DNA of 64,000 nt from an uncultured archaeon (GCA_964619365.1 CAZUDQ010000002.1:32001-96000); one strand, 5' to 3'; shown: positions 42,606 to 54,659, counted from the stretch's first letter. A program made the numbers and translations. The notes: generated from the letters alone by a model not told the origin.

Positions 42606-43496
42606 TTATGACCTATAGAACTTAGCGGCAGTTTCAGGCGAGACTGTGATTATATAAGATCCTTCGCCAAGTTCATACCCTGCGTGCGTTGCAACCCTTG
42701 GAAGTATCTCAAGATGGAAATGCCCCCATTTATGTGGGGAATGATGAACCACAAAATTATAGCAAGGCCCAAACTCCTTACTTAGTTTCATCAGGACTTT
42801 TTTTAGAACAGAGCAAAAGTCCAGTGCTTCTTCAGAGTTTAAATCAGAGAAATTGCCGACGTGTCTTTTTGGCATAAGCCAAATCTCATAAGGAAAGCGC
42901 GGCGCGTTTGCAGTCATTGCAATAGTGTTTTTCGTATCGATTGCGATTCGCGCCTTTTCTACCCCTCTGGTTTCATCGCACCATGCGCAGTGACCCGTCT
43001 TTTCAAAATAATCCTTTGATGCCTTGTTTTCCTGGCTGGCTATTGTAGGAACCTGATTGCTTGCAAGTATCTGGGTATGCGAATGTGCAAAGGAAGCTCC
43101 AGCCTCTTTTCCCGCATTCTTAAAAATCGAGACATACTTAAACTTTTTCTCAAGTGCCTTCCTGCGCTTTTCATACATATTAAAAACTTCTAGAATCTCA
43201 GGTGGATGTAATTCTTCTAGTTCTTGCCTGTGTTTTCTTGTTTCGACAATTATCTCATGTTCCCCTTCAGGCTTTTTAAGTGCCGGGAATTTATTTCTAA
43301 AAACACGTATTTTCCAGTCGCCATCCTTTGGATACGCATCAATTGTGGGTGGAGTGAATTCCTCAAAACCCGGGCAGAAGTAGCATGTTTTTTTATCCTC
43401 TTTGGTTTCAGTTTTGAACTGATGCGGGCGCTTTCCCCTAGTCTCTGATATTATGGAATATCGGTCCAGTAAAAAGTCCTTTCTTATCTGCGCCAT
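42606..43496 (-). CDS. galT: Galactose-1-phosphate uridylyltransferase family (GalT-like)
   Basis: RGKRP, CYFCPG, NKFPAL, GASFAHSHTQ and HFHLEI motifs. Confidence 0.85.
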   Translation of the reverse strand: MAQIRKDFLLDRYSIISETRGKRPHQFKTETKEDKKTCYFCPGFEEFTPPTIDAYPKDGDWKIRVFRNKFPALKKPEGEHEIIVETRKHRQELEELHPPEILEVFNMYEKRRKALEKKFKYVSIFKNAGKEAGASFAHSHTQILASNQVPTIASQENKASKDYFEKTGHCAWCDETRGVEKARIAIDTKNTIAMTANAPRFPYEIWLMPKRHVGNFSDLNSEEALDFCSVLKKVLMKLSKEFGPCYNFVVHHSPHKWGHFHLEILPRVATHAGYELGEGSYIITVSPETAAKFYRS

Positions 43497-43568
43497 CGGT
43501 TAATTTACCCCTTTGTGAAGAAAAAATGGCCAGGCTCAGGTTTTTAATACCCTAGTCGTAAATCAATT

Positions 43569-45425
43569 ATGATAAAACCAAAGGCAGATTTTCTTATAGA
43601 GAGCGCATATGAGGTAGTAAACCCTATAGGTGGCCTTTACACAGTCCTTACCACAAAGGCCGCTGAAATGGTGAAATACTATGGCGATAACTATTATGCC
43701 ATGGGCCCGTATTACTCAAGATATGCAAAAGTCGATTTTGAGGAAACTGAGGCACCGCCTGATTTGGTAACAGCTTTTGACGAACTTAAGGATAAAGGTA
43801 TAATCTGTCACTATGGTAGGTGGCTTCTCCCTAGCAGGCCAAAAGCAATACTCGTGGATTTTAAAGGCCGCATGAAAGACTTAAAGGATATAAAAGCGAG
43901 AATATTTGAGGAATATGGGGTAGTCTCAGACAAGTGTGGCAAGGAGTATAACAAACGCTTTGTCCTTTCAGATTCAGTAAGCAAGGTAATCGAAAGACTC
44001 CTTAAGACCCAGACTTTTAAAGGAAATGGTGTACTCCACCAGCATATTTCAGGCTCGCCAGGAATTGCTCTTTTAGATGCCAAGAAGAATAAATGGAAGA
44101 TAGGTCTTGTCGCAACCGCTCATTCAACACGCCTCGGGCGCGATATTGCCATGAGCAACGAAGACCTTGTAGAGGAGATTCGGACCCAGCTGAAAAAAGA
44201 TAAGCATGTTGACCACAAACGAGAATATAATTATGGTGGGGAAACTGTAACCGAACATCAACTAGAGCGGGCATGCGCAAAGGCTTCAGACGTCTTTACC
44301 GCAGTCAGCGATATTACAAGCAGGGAGTGTGGTTACATACTTGAAAGAAAAGCAGATGTGGTGCTGCCAAACGGCATAAACTGCGAGAAATATCCGACAA
44401 TTGAAGAAAGGGCGCTTTTGCACAAAAAATCAAAGGAGAAAATATGGCGATTCCTTGAAGCATATTTCCTGCCATATTACCCGATTGATGTGGGAAACTC
44501 GCTTTTGCTTTTCACATCAGGGCGCTATGAATTTCACAATAAGGGCTTTGACACACTAATCCATTCGCTTGGATGGTTAAATAAGATACTAAAAGAAGAA
44601 GGATATCCAAAGAATATCTTCGTTTTCTTTTTTATATTCGATAGAGGCGTCAGGAAATACAACTATGAACTCTTAGAGAATTTGTCTAAATACGAACATA
44701 TAGAAAGTTTTGTCGACGAAAACATCCAGGACATTGAAAAAAGGGCGATAAGCATGCTTGTGCACGGAGACGAGCTAGACAAAAAGGAGCTTTTTGACAA
44801 AGAGTTTATAATGGAAGGAAAAAAACTGATGAACAAGTTCAAGAAGCCTGAACATAGGCGCCCACCCATATGTGCGTTACGCATGGGCAGAAACGATGTT
44901 ATTTGTAATACTCTTAACCACGAAGATCTTTTGAATAGGGAAGAAGACAAGATAAAAGTAATAGTTTATCCGACACGGATAACTGTTGATGACGGCCTTT
45001 TATCCATGCCCTATTATGATGTGATGGCCGGAATGCACCTTGGTGTCTTCCCGTCTTATTATGAGCCCTGGGGGTACACACCGCTTGAGGCTGCCGCGTA
45101 TTCAGTCATGTCCATAACAACAGACCTTGCTGGCTTTGGGAAGTTTGTCCAGAAGAACACAGACCAAAGGAAAAAACCGGGAATCATCGTCCTAAAAAGG
45201 GACGGCAGGACCCATGAGCAAGAAGTAATCGAATTAAAGAACGCATTACATTGGTTCTCAGGCTTAGAACGTTCAAAAAGAGTTGAAAAGAAGATAAATG
45301 CCAAGGAAATCTCGCAACTGGCCGACTGGAAGGACTTCGCAGAGTACTACATAGAAGCGCACAATATGGCGCTTCAAAAATCCAAAGGAAGAGAACCAGT
45401 CATAAAGGCAGAGCAGGACTCGTAA
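43569..45425 (+). CDS. Glycogen synthase, GT3 (eukaryote/Bacteroidetes-type)
   Basis: YEVVNPIGGLYTV, SGRYEFHNKG and GVFPSYYEPWGYTPLE motifs. Confidence 0.9.
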   Translation: MIKPKADFLIESAYEVVNPIGGLYTVLTTKAAEMVKYYGDNYYAMGPYYSRYAKVDFEETEAPPDLVTAFDELKDKGIICHYGRWLLPSRPKAILVDFKGRMKDLKDIKARIFEEYGVVSDKCGKEYNKRFVLSDSVSKVIERLLKTQTFKGNGVLHQHISGSPGIALLDAKKNKWKIGLVATAHSTRLGRDIAMSNEDLVEEIRTQLKKDKHVDHKREYNYGGETVTEHQLERACAKASDVFTAVSDITSRECGYILERKADVVLPNGINCEKYPTIEERALLHKKSKEKIWRFLEAYFLPYYPIDVGNSLLLFTSGRYEFHNKGFDTLIHSLGWLNKILKEEGYPKNIFVFFFIFDRGVRKYNYELLENLSKYEHIESFVDENIQDIEKRAISMLVHGDELDKKELFDKEFIMEGKKLMNKFKKPEHRRPPICALRMGRNDVICNTLNHEDLLNREEDKIKVIVYPTRITVDDGLLSMPYYDVMAGMHLGVFPSYYEPWGYTPLEAAAYSVMSITTDLAGFGKFVQKNTDQRKKPGIIVLKRDGRTHEQEVIELKNALHWFSGLERSKRVEKKINAKEISQLADWKDFAEYYIEAHNMALQKSKGREPVIKAEQDS

Positions 45426-45435
45426 CTCTAGTTCG

Positions 45436-47034
45436 TTAAAGGACTTTTCCCATGTAAGGCCCGACTCTTTTGTATCCGTGTTTTCGGTAATAGTCTCGCG
45501 CGCCGATTCCTGAGATTACATTTATCTTGTCAAGGCCCCATTCTTCCTTAGAAATCTTCTCGGCTTTAGAAAGAAGTTCGGCACCATAACCCCTGTGCTG
45601 CCATTTAGACCCTGCTTTTTCCCCTAAGCGTGCCATTGAGCCATAAACATGAAGCTCCCTGATTCCCGCAGCTCCAATCATCTCCTTTCTGTGTACTTCA
45701 TCGCTTGGCAGGCGTAGTCTAAGGAAGCCTACAAGAAGGTCGTTTTCTGTTTCTTCAAAGGAGATGAAAGTTTCTTTTCCGCCTGATGCCTCGTAATCAA
45801 CACGCTTAAGTTCTATTGCATCGGGGTTCGGTGTGATTTTCTCTTTTGCCGTCTTTATTCCGATTTCACGGCAGCGGATGCAGGCGCAAGAGTCGCCATG
45901 CGCTTTCATTTCCGTTTCCACAAGCTCTCGTAAGTTTGATTTTTTGACACCATCAACCACAAAATTCACAGGTATGTCCCGCTGGATTCTTATGATGCGG
46001 CACCACTCCGGGACTATTTTTTTTATTTCGGCAAGAACCTTAACTGCGTCTTCAGTAGAGTAAGGCTTAAACTCGCCCCGCTTCCACATCTCATAGAGTT
46101 TTGTCCCTTTGATTACAAGGCAGGGGTAGAACTTAAGGAGGTCAGGCTTAAATCGCGGGTCTGAAAAAAGCTCGCGAAACATCGCCACATCCTGTTGTTT
46201 TTCAGCGAACAAACCGGGCATCATCTGGTAGCACACTTTAAGAAGAGAGTCGCGGCAAAGCTGGGTTGCGTGCGTTACCTCTTCAATCCCATGTCCGCGC
46301 TCTACAAGCTTATAAACCTCATCACTCAAGGTCTGGACGCCAAGTTCGACTTTTGTCCCCCCAAGCCTTAGCATCTCGTCAATTTCCTTTTCAAAGGCAT
46401 AATCCGGGCGTGTCTCAAAGGTCATTCCGATACATCTAACTTTCGCCTTTTCGTTTTCTTCCTGAATCTTGATTAGGCTGGCATCAGAACTGGAAATTGA
46501 TTTAGGATAGTCGTTCATCGCCCTTAGACATTCCCCCACAAAATACTCCTGGTATTCTGTTTCAAGAGATGGGAGTGTCCCACCCATAGTTATTAGTTCG
46601 CATTTGTCGATTGGGTGGCCTATTGTGTCAAGTTGCTCAAGCCGTGCGTGCACTTGCTTGTAGGGATCATACCCATGCATGACTGCGCGTCTTGCGGCAG
46701 GCTCCTTTCCAGTGTAAGACTGCGGGACATCTAAATCGAGACCGCCGGGGCAGTATATGCATTTGCCGTGCGGGCACTTGTGGGGTTTTGTCATAGCAGC
46801 AATTACAGCGACGCCTGAAGCCGTTCTTGTAGGCTTTTTTTGAAGAAGAAAAAGGACGCTTGGAATCTCTTCTTTTGTTGCAAAAAAGAGTACGTCAGAA
46901 TTCCTTGGCATTGAAGAGAGGCCAAATTGCGCCGCAAGGAATGCTTTTTCTCGGGAAAGGTCTTTTTCGTCCTTGATACTACCATCACGAATCCCCTCGA
47001 TTATCTTTCTTGCAAGTTTTTCTGGCGCTGCCAT
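45436..47034 (-). CDS. elp3: tRNA uridine(34) acetyltransferase Elp3 (radical SAM plus GNAT)
   Basis: CPHGKCIYCPGG, ETRPD, RIQRDIP, RELHVYG and QHRGYG motifs. Confidence 0.95.
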   Translation of the reverse strand: MAAPEKLARKIIEGIRDGSIKDEKDLSREKAFLAAQFGLSSMPRNSDVLFFATKEEIPSVLFLLQKKPTRTASGVAVIAAMTKPHKCPHGKCIYCPGGLDLDVPQSYTGKEPAARRAVMHGYDPYKQVHARLEQLDTIGHPIDKCELITMGGTLPSLETEYQEYFVGECLRAMNDYPKSISSSDASLIKIQEENEKAKVRCIGMTFETRPDYAFEKEIDEMLRLGGTKVELGVQTLSDEVYKLVERGHGIEEVTHATQLCRDSLLKVCYQMMPGLFAEKQQDVAMFRELFSDPRFKPDLLKFYPCLVIKGTKLYEMWKRGEFKPYSTEDAVKVLAEIKKIVPEWCRIIRIQRDIPVNFVVDGVKKSNLRELVETEMKAHGDSCACIRCREIGIKTAKEKITPNPDAIELKRVDYEASGGKETFISFEETENDLLVGFLRLRLPSDEVHRKEMIGAAGIRELHVYGSMARLGEKAGSKWQHRGYGAELLSKAEKISKEEWGLDKINVISGIGARDYYRKHGYKRVGPYMGKVL

Positions 47035-47041
47035 AGTAAAT

Positions 47042-47617
47042 TTATTCTATTTTCTTTAGAAGAGCCGCCATGTTTTTCCCGAGGTTCCTTGAAGTCTCCT
47101 GCCCGTCCTTGTCATCCTTTGTCTCACCCAAAGCGTGACCCACACCTATTCCTCCAAAGTGTGCTGTTGGGGCAGAGTCCCCGACGACAATTCCTCCGTG
47201 AAGAGTAAACCAGCGTTGTATTGTAGCAACAACATATTCTTGTCCCCCGTTTCTTGAGGCTCCAACGGCAATTGCCCCGCCAACTTTTCCTGCTAGTTGG
47301 AAGCCCTGACGCCTAAGTGGGACGCTTCTTTCAAAAAGCATAGAAATGCGACTTGACACGTTTGAAAAATATGTTGGACTACCAATTATTATCCCACCAG
47401 CTTCTGTTAACATAGGTATGATTTCATCCATATCATCCCTTTGAACACAGGATGGACCAGTACTACACGCACCACATGCTTTACAGGGATTGATGTCCTT
47501 AGTTGAAAGGTTAAGGAACTTTGTCTCAAAACCCTCCTTTTCGCATTCTTCAAGGGCCGCTTTTACAAGCACGTCAGTATTCCCATTAAGCCTTCCGCCA
47601 GATATTCCAAGAATCAT
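47042..47617 (-). CDS. Iron-sulfur flavoprotein/flavodoxin family
   Basis: R..GNT, CKACGAC....C, GSPTYF and RNGGQE motifs. Confidence 0.88.
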   Translation of the reverse strand: MILGISGGRLNGNTDVLVKAALEECEKEGFETKFLNLSTKDINPCKACGACSTGPSCVQRDDMDEIIPMLTEAGGIIIGSPTYFSNVSSRISMLFERSVPLRRQGFQLAGKVGGAIAVGASRNGGQEYVVATIQRWFTLHGGIVVGDSAPTAHFGGIGVGHALGETKDDKDGQETSRNLGKNMAALLKKIE

Positions 47618-47644
47618 TTTAATCAAGAATTTAAAGCTATTTTT

Positions 47645-48748
47645 CTAAAGAAGAGTCCGCGGGATTTCTCCCGCCCTTAAACCAAGGTCTGCTACAGTGA
47701 GAGCCGCCATGGCCTCAACTACGGGCACCGCGCGCGGCACGATACAGGGGTCATGTCTGCCTTCAATCTTAATCTTTGCCTCTTTCATCTTCCCCAAATC
47801 AACAGTCTTTTGTTCCTTTGATATGGATGCTGTCGGCCTGAATGCCACTCTTGCAACAATCGGCATGCCGTTTGTTATGCCTCCAGTTATCCCGCCGGCG
47901 TTATTGGTCTTTGTAACAATAGCGTCATCAACAAGGTCAATTTCATCATTAAACTCACTCCCGCGCATGACAGTTGAGGAAAATCCAGCTCCGATTTCAA
48001 CGCCTTTAACGCCGGGAATTGACATTAGTGCTCCTGCAAGCTCTGAGTTCATTTTACCGAAGACAGGTTCGCCAAGTCCTGCGGGGCATCCAAGGATGAC
48101 AAGTTCAACAATCCCGCCAAGGCTGTCAAGCTCTTCTTTTGCAAGAAGGATTTCTTTTTCCATTAACCCTGCGGCTTTCCTGTCAAGGCAGCGCACGCTG
48201 TTTCCATAGACCGCCTTTTTGGCTTTTACAACGTCACTCACATCAAGGCTTTTAGCCTCAATGTTTCCAATAGATTTTGTGTAAGTGAGAACATGACAGT
48301 TAAGGACTTCAGAGAGTATCTTTTTGGCAACAGCTCCACCTGCAACGCGGCCTATTGTTTCCCGCGCACTTGAACGTCCTCCGCCGCGCCAGTCGCGCAC
48401 GCCGAATTTCACCTGCCAGGCAAGATCTGCGTGACCTGGTCGTGGAGTGTCTATTATTGCTTTATATTTTGAAGAATCAGCGTCTTTATTCCTGACAAGC
48501 ATCCCGATTGGAGTCCCCATTGTAATACCCTCAAATACGCCTGAAAGTATCTCGATTTTGTCCTCTTCGTTTCGTGAGGTAGTAATATCGCTTTGACCTG
48601 GGCGGCGTCGGTCAAGGTCCCTTTGGATTTCTTTTTCGTTTAGTTCCAGGCCAGATGGCACACCGTCAAGCACACAACCTACCGAAGTCCCATGGCTTTC
48701 ACCCCACGTACTAAGGGTGAGCGCTTCACCAAAGCTGTTTTTTTTCAT
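47645..48748 (-). CDS. aroC: Chorismate synthase
   Basis: GESHG, RRRPGQS, PRPGHAD, RSSARET and GRHDPC motifs. Confidence 0.97.
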   Translation of the reverse strand: MKKNSFGEALTLSTWGESHGTSVGCVLDGVPSGLELNEKEIQRDLDRRRPGQSDITTSRNEEDKIEILSGVFEGITMGTPIGMLVRNKDADSSKYKAIIDTPRPGHADLAWQVKFGVRDWRGGGRSSARETIGRVAGGAVAKKILSEVLNCHVLTYTKSIGNIEAKSLDVSDVVKAKKAVYGNSVRCLDRKAAGLMEKEILLAKEELDSLGGIVELVILGCPAGLGEPVFGKMNSELAGALMSIPGVKGVEIGAGFSSTVMRGSEFNDEIDLVDDAIVTKTNNAGGITGGITNGMPIVARVAFRPTASISKEQKTVDLGKMKEAKIKIEGRHDPCIVPRAVPVVEAMAALTVADLGLRAGEIPRTLL

Positions 48749-48863
48749 TGCCTTGTATTTTGAAGCTGGAAAAAGAAAAGAAAAGAATTTTTAGATTAAG
48801 TTTTTTTATAACCGGTTTCTAAATTCTAGCATTTAATTTTTGAAGAATCATTCAGACAAGTAA

Positions 48864-50219
<1,356 letters not shown>

Positions 50220-50239
50220 TTCCCTTTTTTTCTTATTTT

Positions 50240-51046
50240 TTAATCCATTGAGCGCTTCATCAAAGACTCAAAGAGACCTTCAGGCAAGAATCGCTTAAGG
50301 AGGATAAGCCTATTTGCCGATGCGGGAACTGGATAGCGCGCCTTTGGGTTCTTTTTTGTTGCAGCACTTAGGATTGCCTTAGCGACAACATCTGGTCCAG
50401 CGCATTTTTCATATTCTTTTTCCAGATATTTCTCAACGCCTTTTGCGCCTTTTTCATAATCTTTAGTCTTGATATTATCAAGAAGCGACTTTCTGGCAAT
50501 AGAGTCCCAGTTTGTCTTTACCTGTCCTGGTTCAACCAATACCACTTTTATCCCGAAGGGCTCGACTTCAAGGCGCATAGCATCACTTAAAGCTTCAATC
50601 GCGTATTTTGATGCAGAGTACCAGCCGTGGAATGGCGCGCTCAACCTCCCTGCAATAGATGAAACGTTTATTATTCGCCCACCCTCATGTTTTCTCATTA
50701 TGGGAAGGACTAATTGTGCAAGAGCCATAGCCCCAAAAACATTGACTTCAAACTCAGATTTAGCGTCTTTTTCATCAACGTCTTCTATTGCCCCAAGTTC
50801 GCCGTATCCTGCGTTATTGATTAGAATGTCTAGTCTTCCTTGTTCCTTTAGAATCTTAGCTATGGCGCTTTTCCTGCTTGCTTTATTCGCGACATCAAGG
50901 TTTAAGGGACTGCAGGCCGGAGGTACGTTTTTGTCTATTGCGTGTCTTGAGGCGGCATAAACTATAAAGCCGTTTTTTGAAAGGATGTCTGATGTCGCGT
51001 ATCCTATGCCCGAAGTCGCGCCTGTGACTAGAGCTACTTTATCCAA
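50240..51046 (-). CDS. Short-chain dehydrogenase/reductase
   Basis: TGATSGIG, NNAG and YSASK motifs. Confidence 0.9.
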   Translation of the reverse strand: MDKVALVTGATSGIGYATSDILSKNGFIVYAASRHAIDKNVPPACSPLNLDVANKASRKSAIAKILKEQGRLDILINNAGYGELGAIEDVDEKDAKSEFEVNVFGAMALAQLVLPIMRKHEGGRIINVSSIAGRLSAPFHGWYSASKYAIEALSDAMRLEVEPFGIKVVLVEPGQVKTNWDSIARKSLLDNIKTKDYEKGAKGVEKYLEKEYEKCAGPDVVAKAILSAATKKNPKARYPVPASANRLILLKRFLPEGLFESLMKRSMD

Positions 51047-51594
51047 TTTAATATCTTTGGAGGGTTTCTTGTTCCCTTGCTTTCCTTTGCGGGATAACCG
51101 AGCATGACAATGCCCAAAACATCGTTTTCCTTAGGCATGCCGATCTTTTCTAGAAGTGGTGCATCGGCACCTACTGCTTCGCCAAATCCACCCCAACAAG
51201 AACCTAGTCCTAAATCATATGCTTTTAAAAACATATTTTCTATCGCAAGTGCGACATCCTTGATATTGATTTCGCGCATCATGCCTTCTGCTTTTTTGCA
51301 GGTGACAAGGATAAGGGCTGGCGCTCTGTAAAAGATAGTGTCTTCTTTTGAGGTAAAATACCCAGAGTAGTTTTCCATGCCCGGGGCATTAAGGAGCGTC
51401 TTTTTAGCAGAGTCGCTAATCTCTTTTATAAGCTCAGGGTTTTCTATAATAATAAACTCCCATGGCTGTGAATTAAGGCCGCATGGTGCCCAGATGCCCG
51501 CATCGATAATGACATCAATCTTTTCCTTTTCAACCTTTTTGTCAAGGTACGCCCTTACCGAGCGCCTTTCCTTTATTGCCTTGTCAAGTTCCAT
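51034..51594 (-). CDS. Nitroreductase family protein
   Basis: RRSVRAY, APCGLNSQPW and GLGSCW motifs. Confidence 0.9.
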   Translation of the reverse strand: MELDKAIKERRSVRAYLDKKVEKEKIDVIIDAGIWAPCGLNSQPWEFIIIENPELIKEISDSAKKTLLNAPGMENYSGYFTSKEDTIFYRAPALILVTCKKAEGMMREINIKDVALAIENMFLKAYDLGLGSCWGGFGEAVGADAPLLEKIGMPKENDVLGIVMLGYPAKESKGTRNPPKILNWIK

Positions 51595-51659
51595 TTTTTA
51601 TTGCGTATTTTTATTAGGCTAGAGTTTATATTACTAGAATAGGCAGTTAACCAATTAAA

Positions 51660-52349
51660 ATGGTTTCAAAAAACATAGACAGGGTTTCTACAGGGGTAAA
51701 AGGACTTGACGAACTAATTGAAGGTGGAGTGCCAAAAGGGTCTGTTATACTAGTATCAGGAGCGCCTGGTGCCGGGAAGACAATCTTAGGGATGCAGTTC
51801 CTCGAAGCGGGTCTGAAAAAAGGGACAAAATGCGCTTATGTCACAATCGAAGAGCGCCCGGAAAAGATTGTTGAACAAGCCGAGCAGTTCGGGTTTTTCA
51901 AAAAAGCTCCTGAGATGCTTTCAGCAAAAGATGTTAAATACGATATCGGCTGGAAAAAACCTGACGCGATAGAAGAGAAGATAAAACTTGTCCTTGAGAA
52001 ATTAAAGCAAAAGAAGGTAGAACTTGTCGTAATCGATTCAATCAGCTCGCTTTCACTTGAGGATGGAATCCTTGCTAGAAGGTTATCGCGCCAGCTTATT
52101 GAAGGACTATACAACATTGGGGTTACTGCAATGATTACTGGGGAAGCCTTAGACGGGGATTATCCTGATGCAGTGACGCCGTTTTTGGTGGACGGAGTTA
52201 TCTTAATAAAAAAGATCGAAGCATTAGACAAAAGATCGATAAGCGTGTCAAAGATGAGACAGACTTCAATGACTCTAAAACCACAAACCTTGTCGATAAA
52301 GAAAGGAACAGGTCTTATTGTAGAGAAAGAAATGAAGCAAATTTTGTAA
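51660..52349 (+). CDS. Single-domain KaiC/RecA-superfamily ATPase
   Basis: STGVKGLD, GAPGAGKT, TIEE, VIDSI, DGVI and KMR motifs. Confidence 0.9.
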   Translation: MVSKNIDRVSTGVKGLDELIEGGVPKGSVILVSGAPGAGKTILGMQFLEAGLKKGTKCAYVTIEERPEKIVEQAEQFGFFKKAPEMLSAKDVKYDIGWKKPDAIEEKIKLVLEKLKQKKVELVVIDSISSLSLEDGILARRLSRQLIEGLYNIGVTAMITGEALDGDYPDAVTPFLVDGVILIKKIEALDKRSISVSKMRQTSMTLKPQTLSIKKGTGLIVEKEMKQIL

Positions 52350-52392
52350 GATATATAGTTTAATAAAACACATTCCACGATATCCCCTTAAA

Positions 52393-52980
52393 ATGAATAT
52401 GTATCTGTTGTTTGCAGTCTTCGCATTTTTAGGGGCAGCTATAAAATACGTGGATCAAGCCTATGATACAGGAATTTTTAATAAGAAAGTAGCATTAATT
52501 TTAGCTGCCATAAGTGGCATTCTAATGGGGTATGTCATTACCCAGGATAGCATCGCAGGCATGTTAGTTCTTTCGTTTGTTATCTTCGCGATAGCTTCAA
52601 GAAAAGTAGACAATAAAGCATTTATTCTAACCGCAGCGTTTACACTAATTATACCCCTCATTGCAATTCTTTATGGCCAAACAGTAACAATAGACTGGTT
52701 AATATTTTTAGTGTTCATAGTTTCTGGAATTATTGATGAAGAAGGTAATCGTAGATCCTACAAAGGGAGGCTTCCAGAACCTATTGCAATATTCTTTAGG
52801 TATCGCATGTTCATGAAAGTAACGGTTTTCCTAATGGCGGCCTTAGGTTTTTATGGATTTGAATACTTTATAGCCTTTATACTATTTGATTTAACATATC
52901 TAATCATAGATATATACAGCAAAAAGTTACTTAAGGTACACTACTCCAAAAAATGGCCTCAAACGAAACTAAAATCCTAA
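52393..52980 (+). CDS. Uncharacterised multi-TM protein with polar motifs (KYVDQAYD, KVDN, IDEEGN)
   Basis: About 6-7 TMs with Asp-containing loops. Confidence 0.65.
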   Translation: MNMYLLFAVFAFLGAAIKYVDQAYDTGIFNKKVALILAAISGILMGYVITQDSIAGMLVLSFVIFAIASRKVDNKAFILTAAFTLIIPLIAILYGQTVTIDWLIFLVFIVSGIIDEEGNRRSYKGRLPEPIAIFFRYRMFMKVTVFLMAALGFYGFEYFIAFILFDLTYLIIDIYSKKLLKVHYSKKWPQTKLKS

Positions 52981-53333
52981 CAATACTTGAAGAGAATCTG
53001 TTAAGTTTAGATGATATACTAGCATGTATGGTTGCTAGAAAAGGTATGGAAGGGGTTGTCCCACCCATGGAAAAATTTAAAATAAATGACATGGGCGTTT
53101 GGCAGGTACTCCAAAAGACCATGGACGATTTTTTTACTGTTATAGAGGCTTATTCGGAGTACGGTCTTGACAAAGTATATTTTGAATTAGGTAATTATGA
53201 TGTCATGTTTTATATTCTACCAAAAACAAATGTTGCCCTTGTTGCAATAGTGCCCGCGCTTTCTAATAGGGGTTTATTGGAAGTTGAATTAGAAAATGCC
53301 CGAATCAAGATAATAAATACGTTAGATGACTGA
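52953..53333 (+). CDS. Roadblock/LAMTOR2-like small protein
   Basis: 126 aa with the alpha-beta-beta-alpha-beta-beta-beta-alpha pattern (ILACMVARKG...LVAIV...NRGLLEVELE). Confidence 0.6.
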   Translation: MASNETKILTILEENLLSLDDILACMVARKGMEGVVPPMEKFKINDMGVWQVLQKTMDDFFTVIEAYSEYGLDKVYFELGNYDVMFYILPKTNVALVAIVPALSNRGLLEVELENARIKIINTLDD

Positions 53334-54654
53334 AAAGTTCAAGATAGGCATTGGAGTGTCTCAGGAACATGATTCGTTAAGAGCAGGGGAAGATGCGATT
53401 TCAAGGTCATTGAAAAATTTAGGGACAAAACCAAATTTAGTTTTATTATTTGCCACAATCAATTATAAAAAATCCGGCGGATTCCAAAAATTGTTAGACG
53501 GAGTTTGGAAAAAATTAGATGACAAAACAAGATTAGTTGGGAGCACAGTAACGGGGTTCATAGTTCCAGAAGGATGTTTTACTAATGGAGTTATAGCATA
53601 TTCTATTTCTTATTCACAGATGGATGTCGCCATAGCAATTGGTAAAAATACAAAGAAAAATCCTCAAATGGCAGGGAAAAAATGTGCAGAAGCTCTTAAA
53701 AAAGAACTTTTGAATTCAAAATACTCCAATGGATTTGTGTTCGAGTTTATTTCCTCCAATACGGTTGTACAAATGCCAGGCATAAAAGGTAAACGAGTTA
53801 TAAGAGCTAGTAATAATACTCTCAATTACGTCTTAGATATATTCTCCAGCAAACTTTTTGGTTTTATAAATGCAGTTCTCCAAAAAGGTTCTGGGAAAGA
53901 GGAAGATGTATTCGGGAGTTTTAGTGAAAAACTGTCCAATTTTAACATTATTGGAGGTTCTTCTGTTGATGATCTAAGAATGATTGAAAATTATCAGTTC
54001 TATAACCAGGAAGTTGTTACAAATTCTATAGTTGCAGCGGCCATAAAGTCAGACCTAAACACGAAGTTAAATAGCACCCAAGGCATTCAAGAAACTCCAA
54101 TAAAATTAAATGTTAAATTAAGGGCCGGGGGCAGGACAATTCATAAAATCAACGGGAAACCTGCAATAAAAGAATTTTTAAATTTAATGGGATGGCCCAA
54201 AGAGGTGTTGGATGAGAAAAAATTACTGAGACATACCTTTTTTTTCCCACTTGGTGAGTACAGAGACAATATATTATATCCTCATGTAATTGGATGGATT
54301 GTTGGAAATGACATATTGTGTGGTTACAAGATAGATTCAACGGAGTTAAGAGTTATGTCCTCATCAGGTAAAGATATTATAAACTCAGTAGATCAAAATC
54401 TTTCAGTTTTTGATAGCGATAAGGTACTAGCCGGAATGATATGTTCATGTGCAACCAGGTTGGATTCACTAGGTGGTGGCGTATTCGAGATTAGACGAAA
54501 ATTATTGGAATTTTTTGGTGAAAACCCATTTTTGCTAGTGTATCTTGGTGGAGAAGATATCAATTCAGAAGAACAAACAAAACATGCGTATGAAAATTTC
54601 AATGTTATGGTTTTAGAAAAACCTGATACTAATGAGAATTTCAATGGACAGTAA
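53326..54654 (+). CDS. FIST N plus FIST C sensory domain protein
   Basis: LVGSTVTG, IIGGSSVD, IHKINGKPA, FPLG, CSCATR and YLGGE motifs. Confidence 0.85.
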   Translation: MTEKFKIGIGVSQEHDSLRAGEDAISRSLKNLGTKPNLVLLFATINYKKSGGFQKLLDGVWKKLDDKTRLVGSTVTGFIVPEGCFTNGVIAYSISYSQMDVAIAIGKNTKKNPQMAGKKCAEALKKELLNSKYSNGFVFEFISSNTVVQMPGIKGKRVIRASNNTLNYVLDIFSSKLFGFINAVLQKGSGKEEDVFGSFSEKLSNFNIIGGSSVDDLRMIENYQFYNQEVVTNSIVAAAIKSDLNTKLNSTQGIQETPIKLNVKLRAGGRTIHKINGKPAIKEFLNLMGWPKEVLDEKKLLRHTFFFPLGEYRDNILYPHVIGWIVGNDILCGYKIDSTELRVMSSSGKDIINSVDQNLSVFDSDKVLAGMICSCATRLDSLGGGVFEIRRKLLEFFGENPFLLVYLGGEDINSEEQTKHAYENFNVMVLEKPDTNENFNGQ

Positions 54655-54659
54655 TACAA

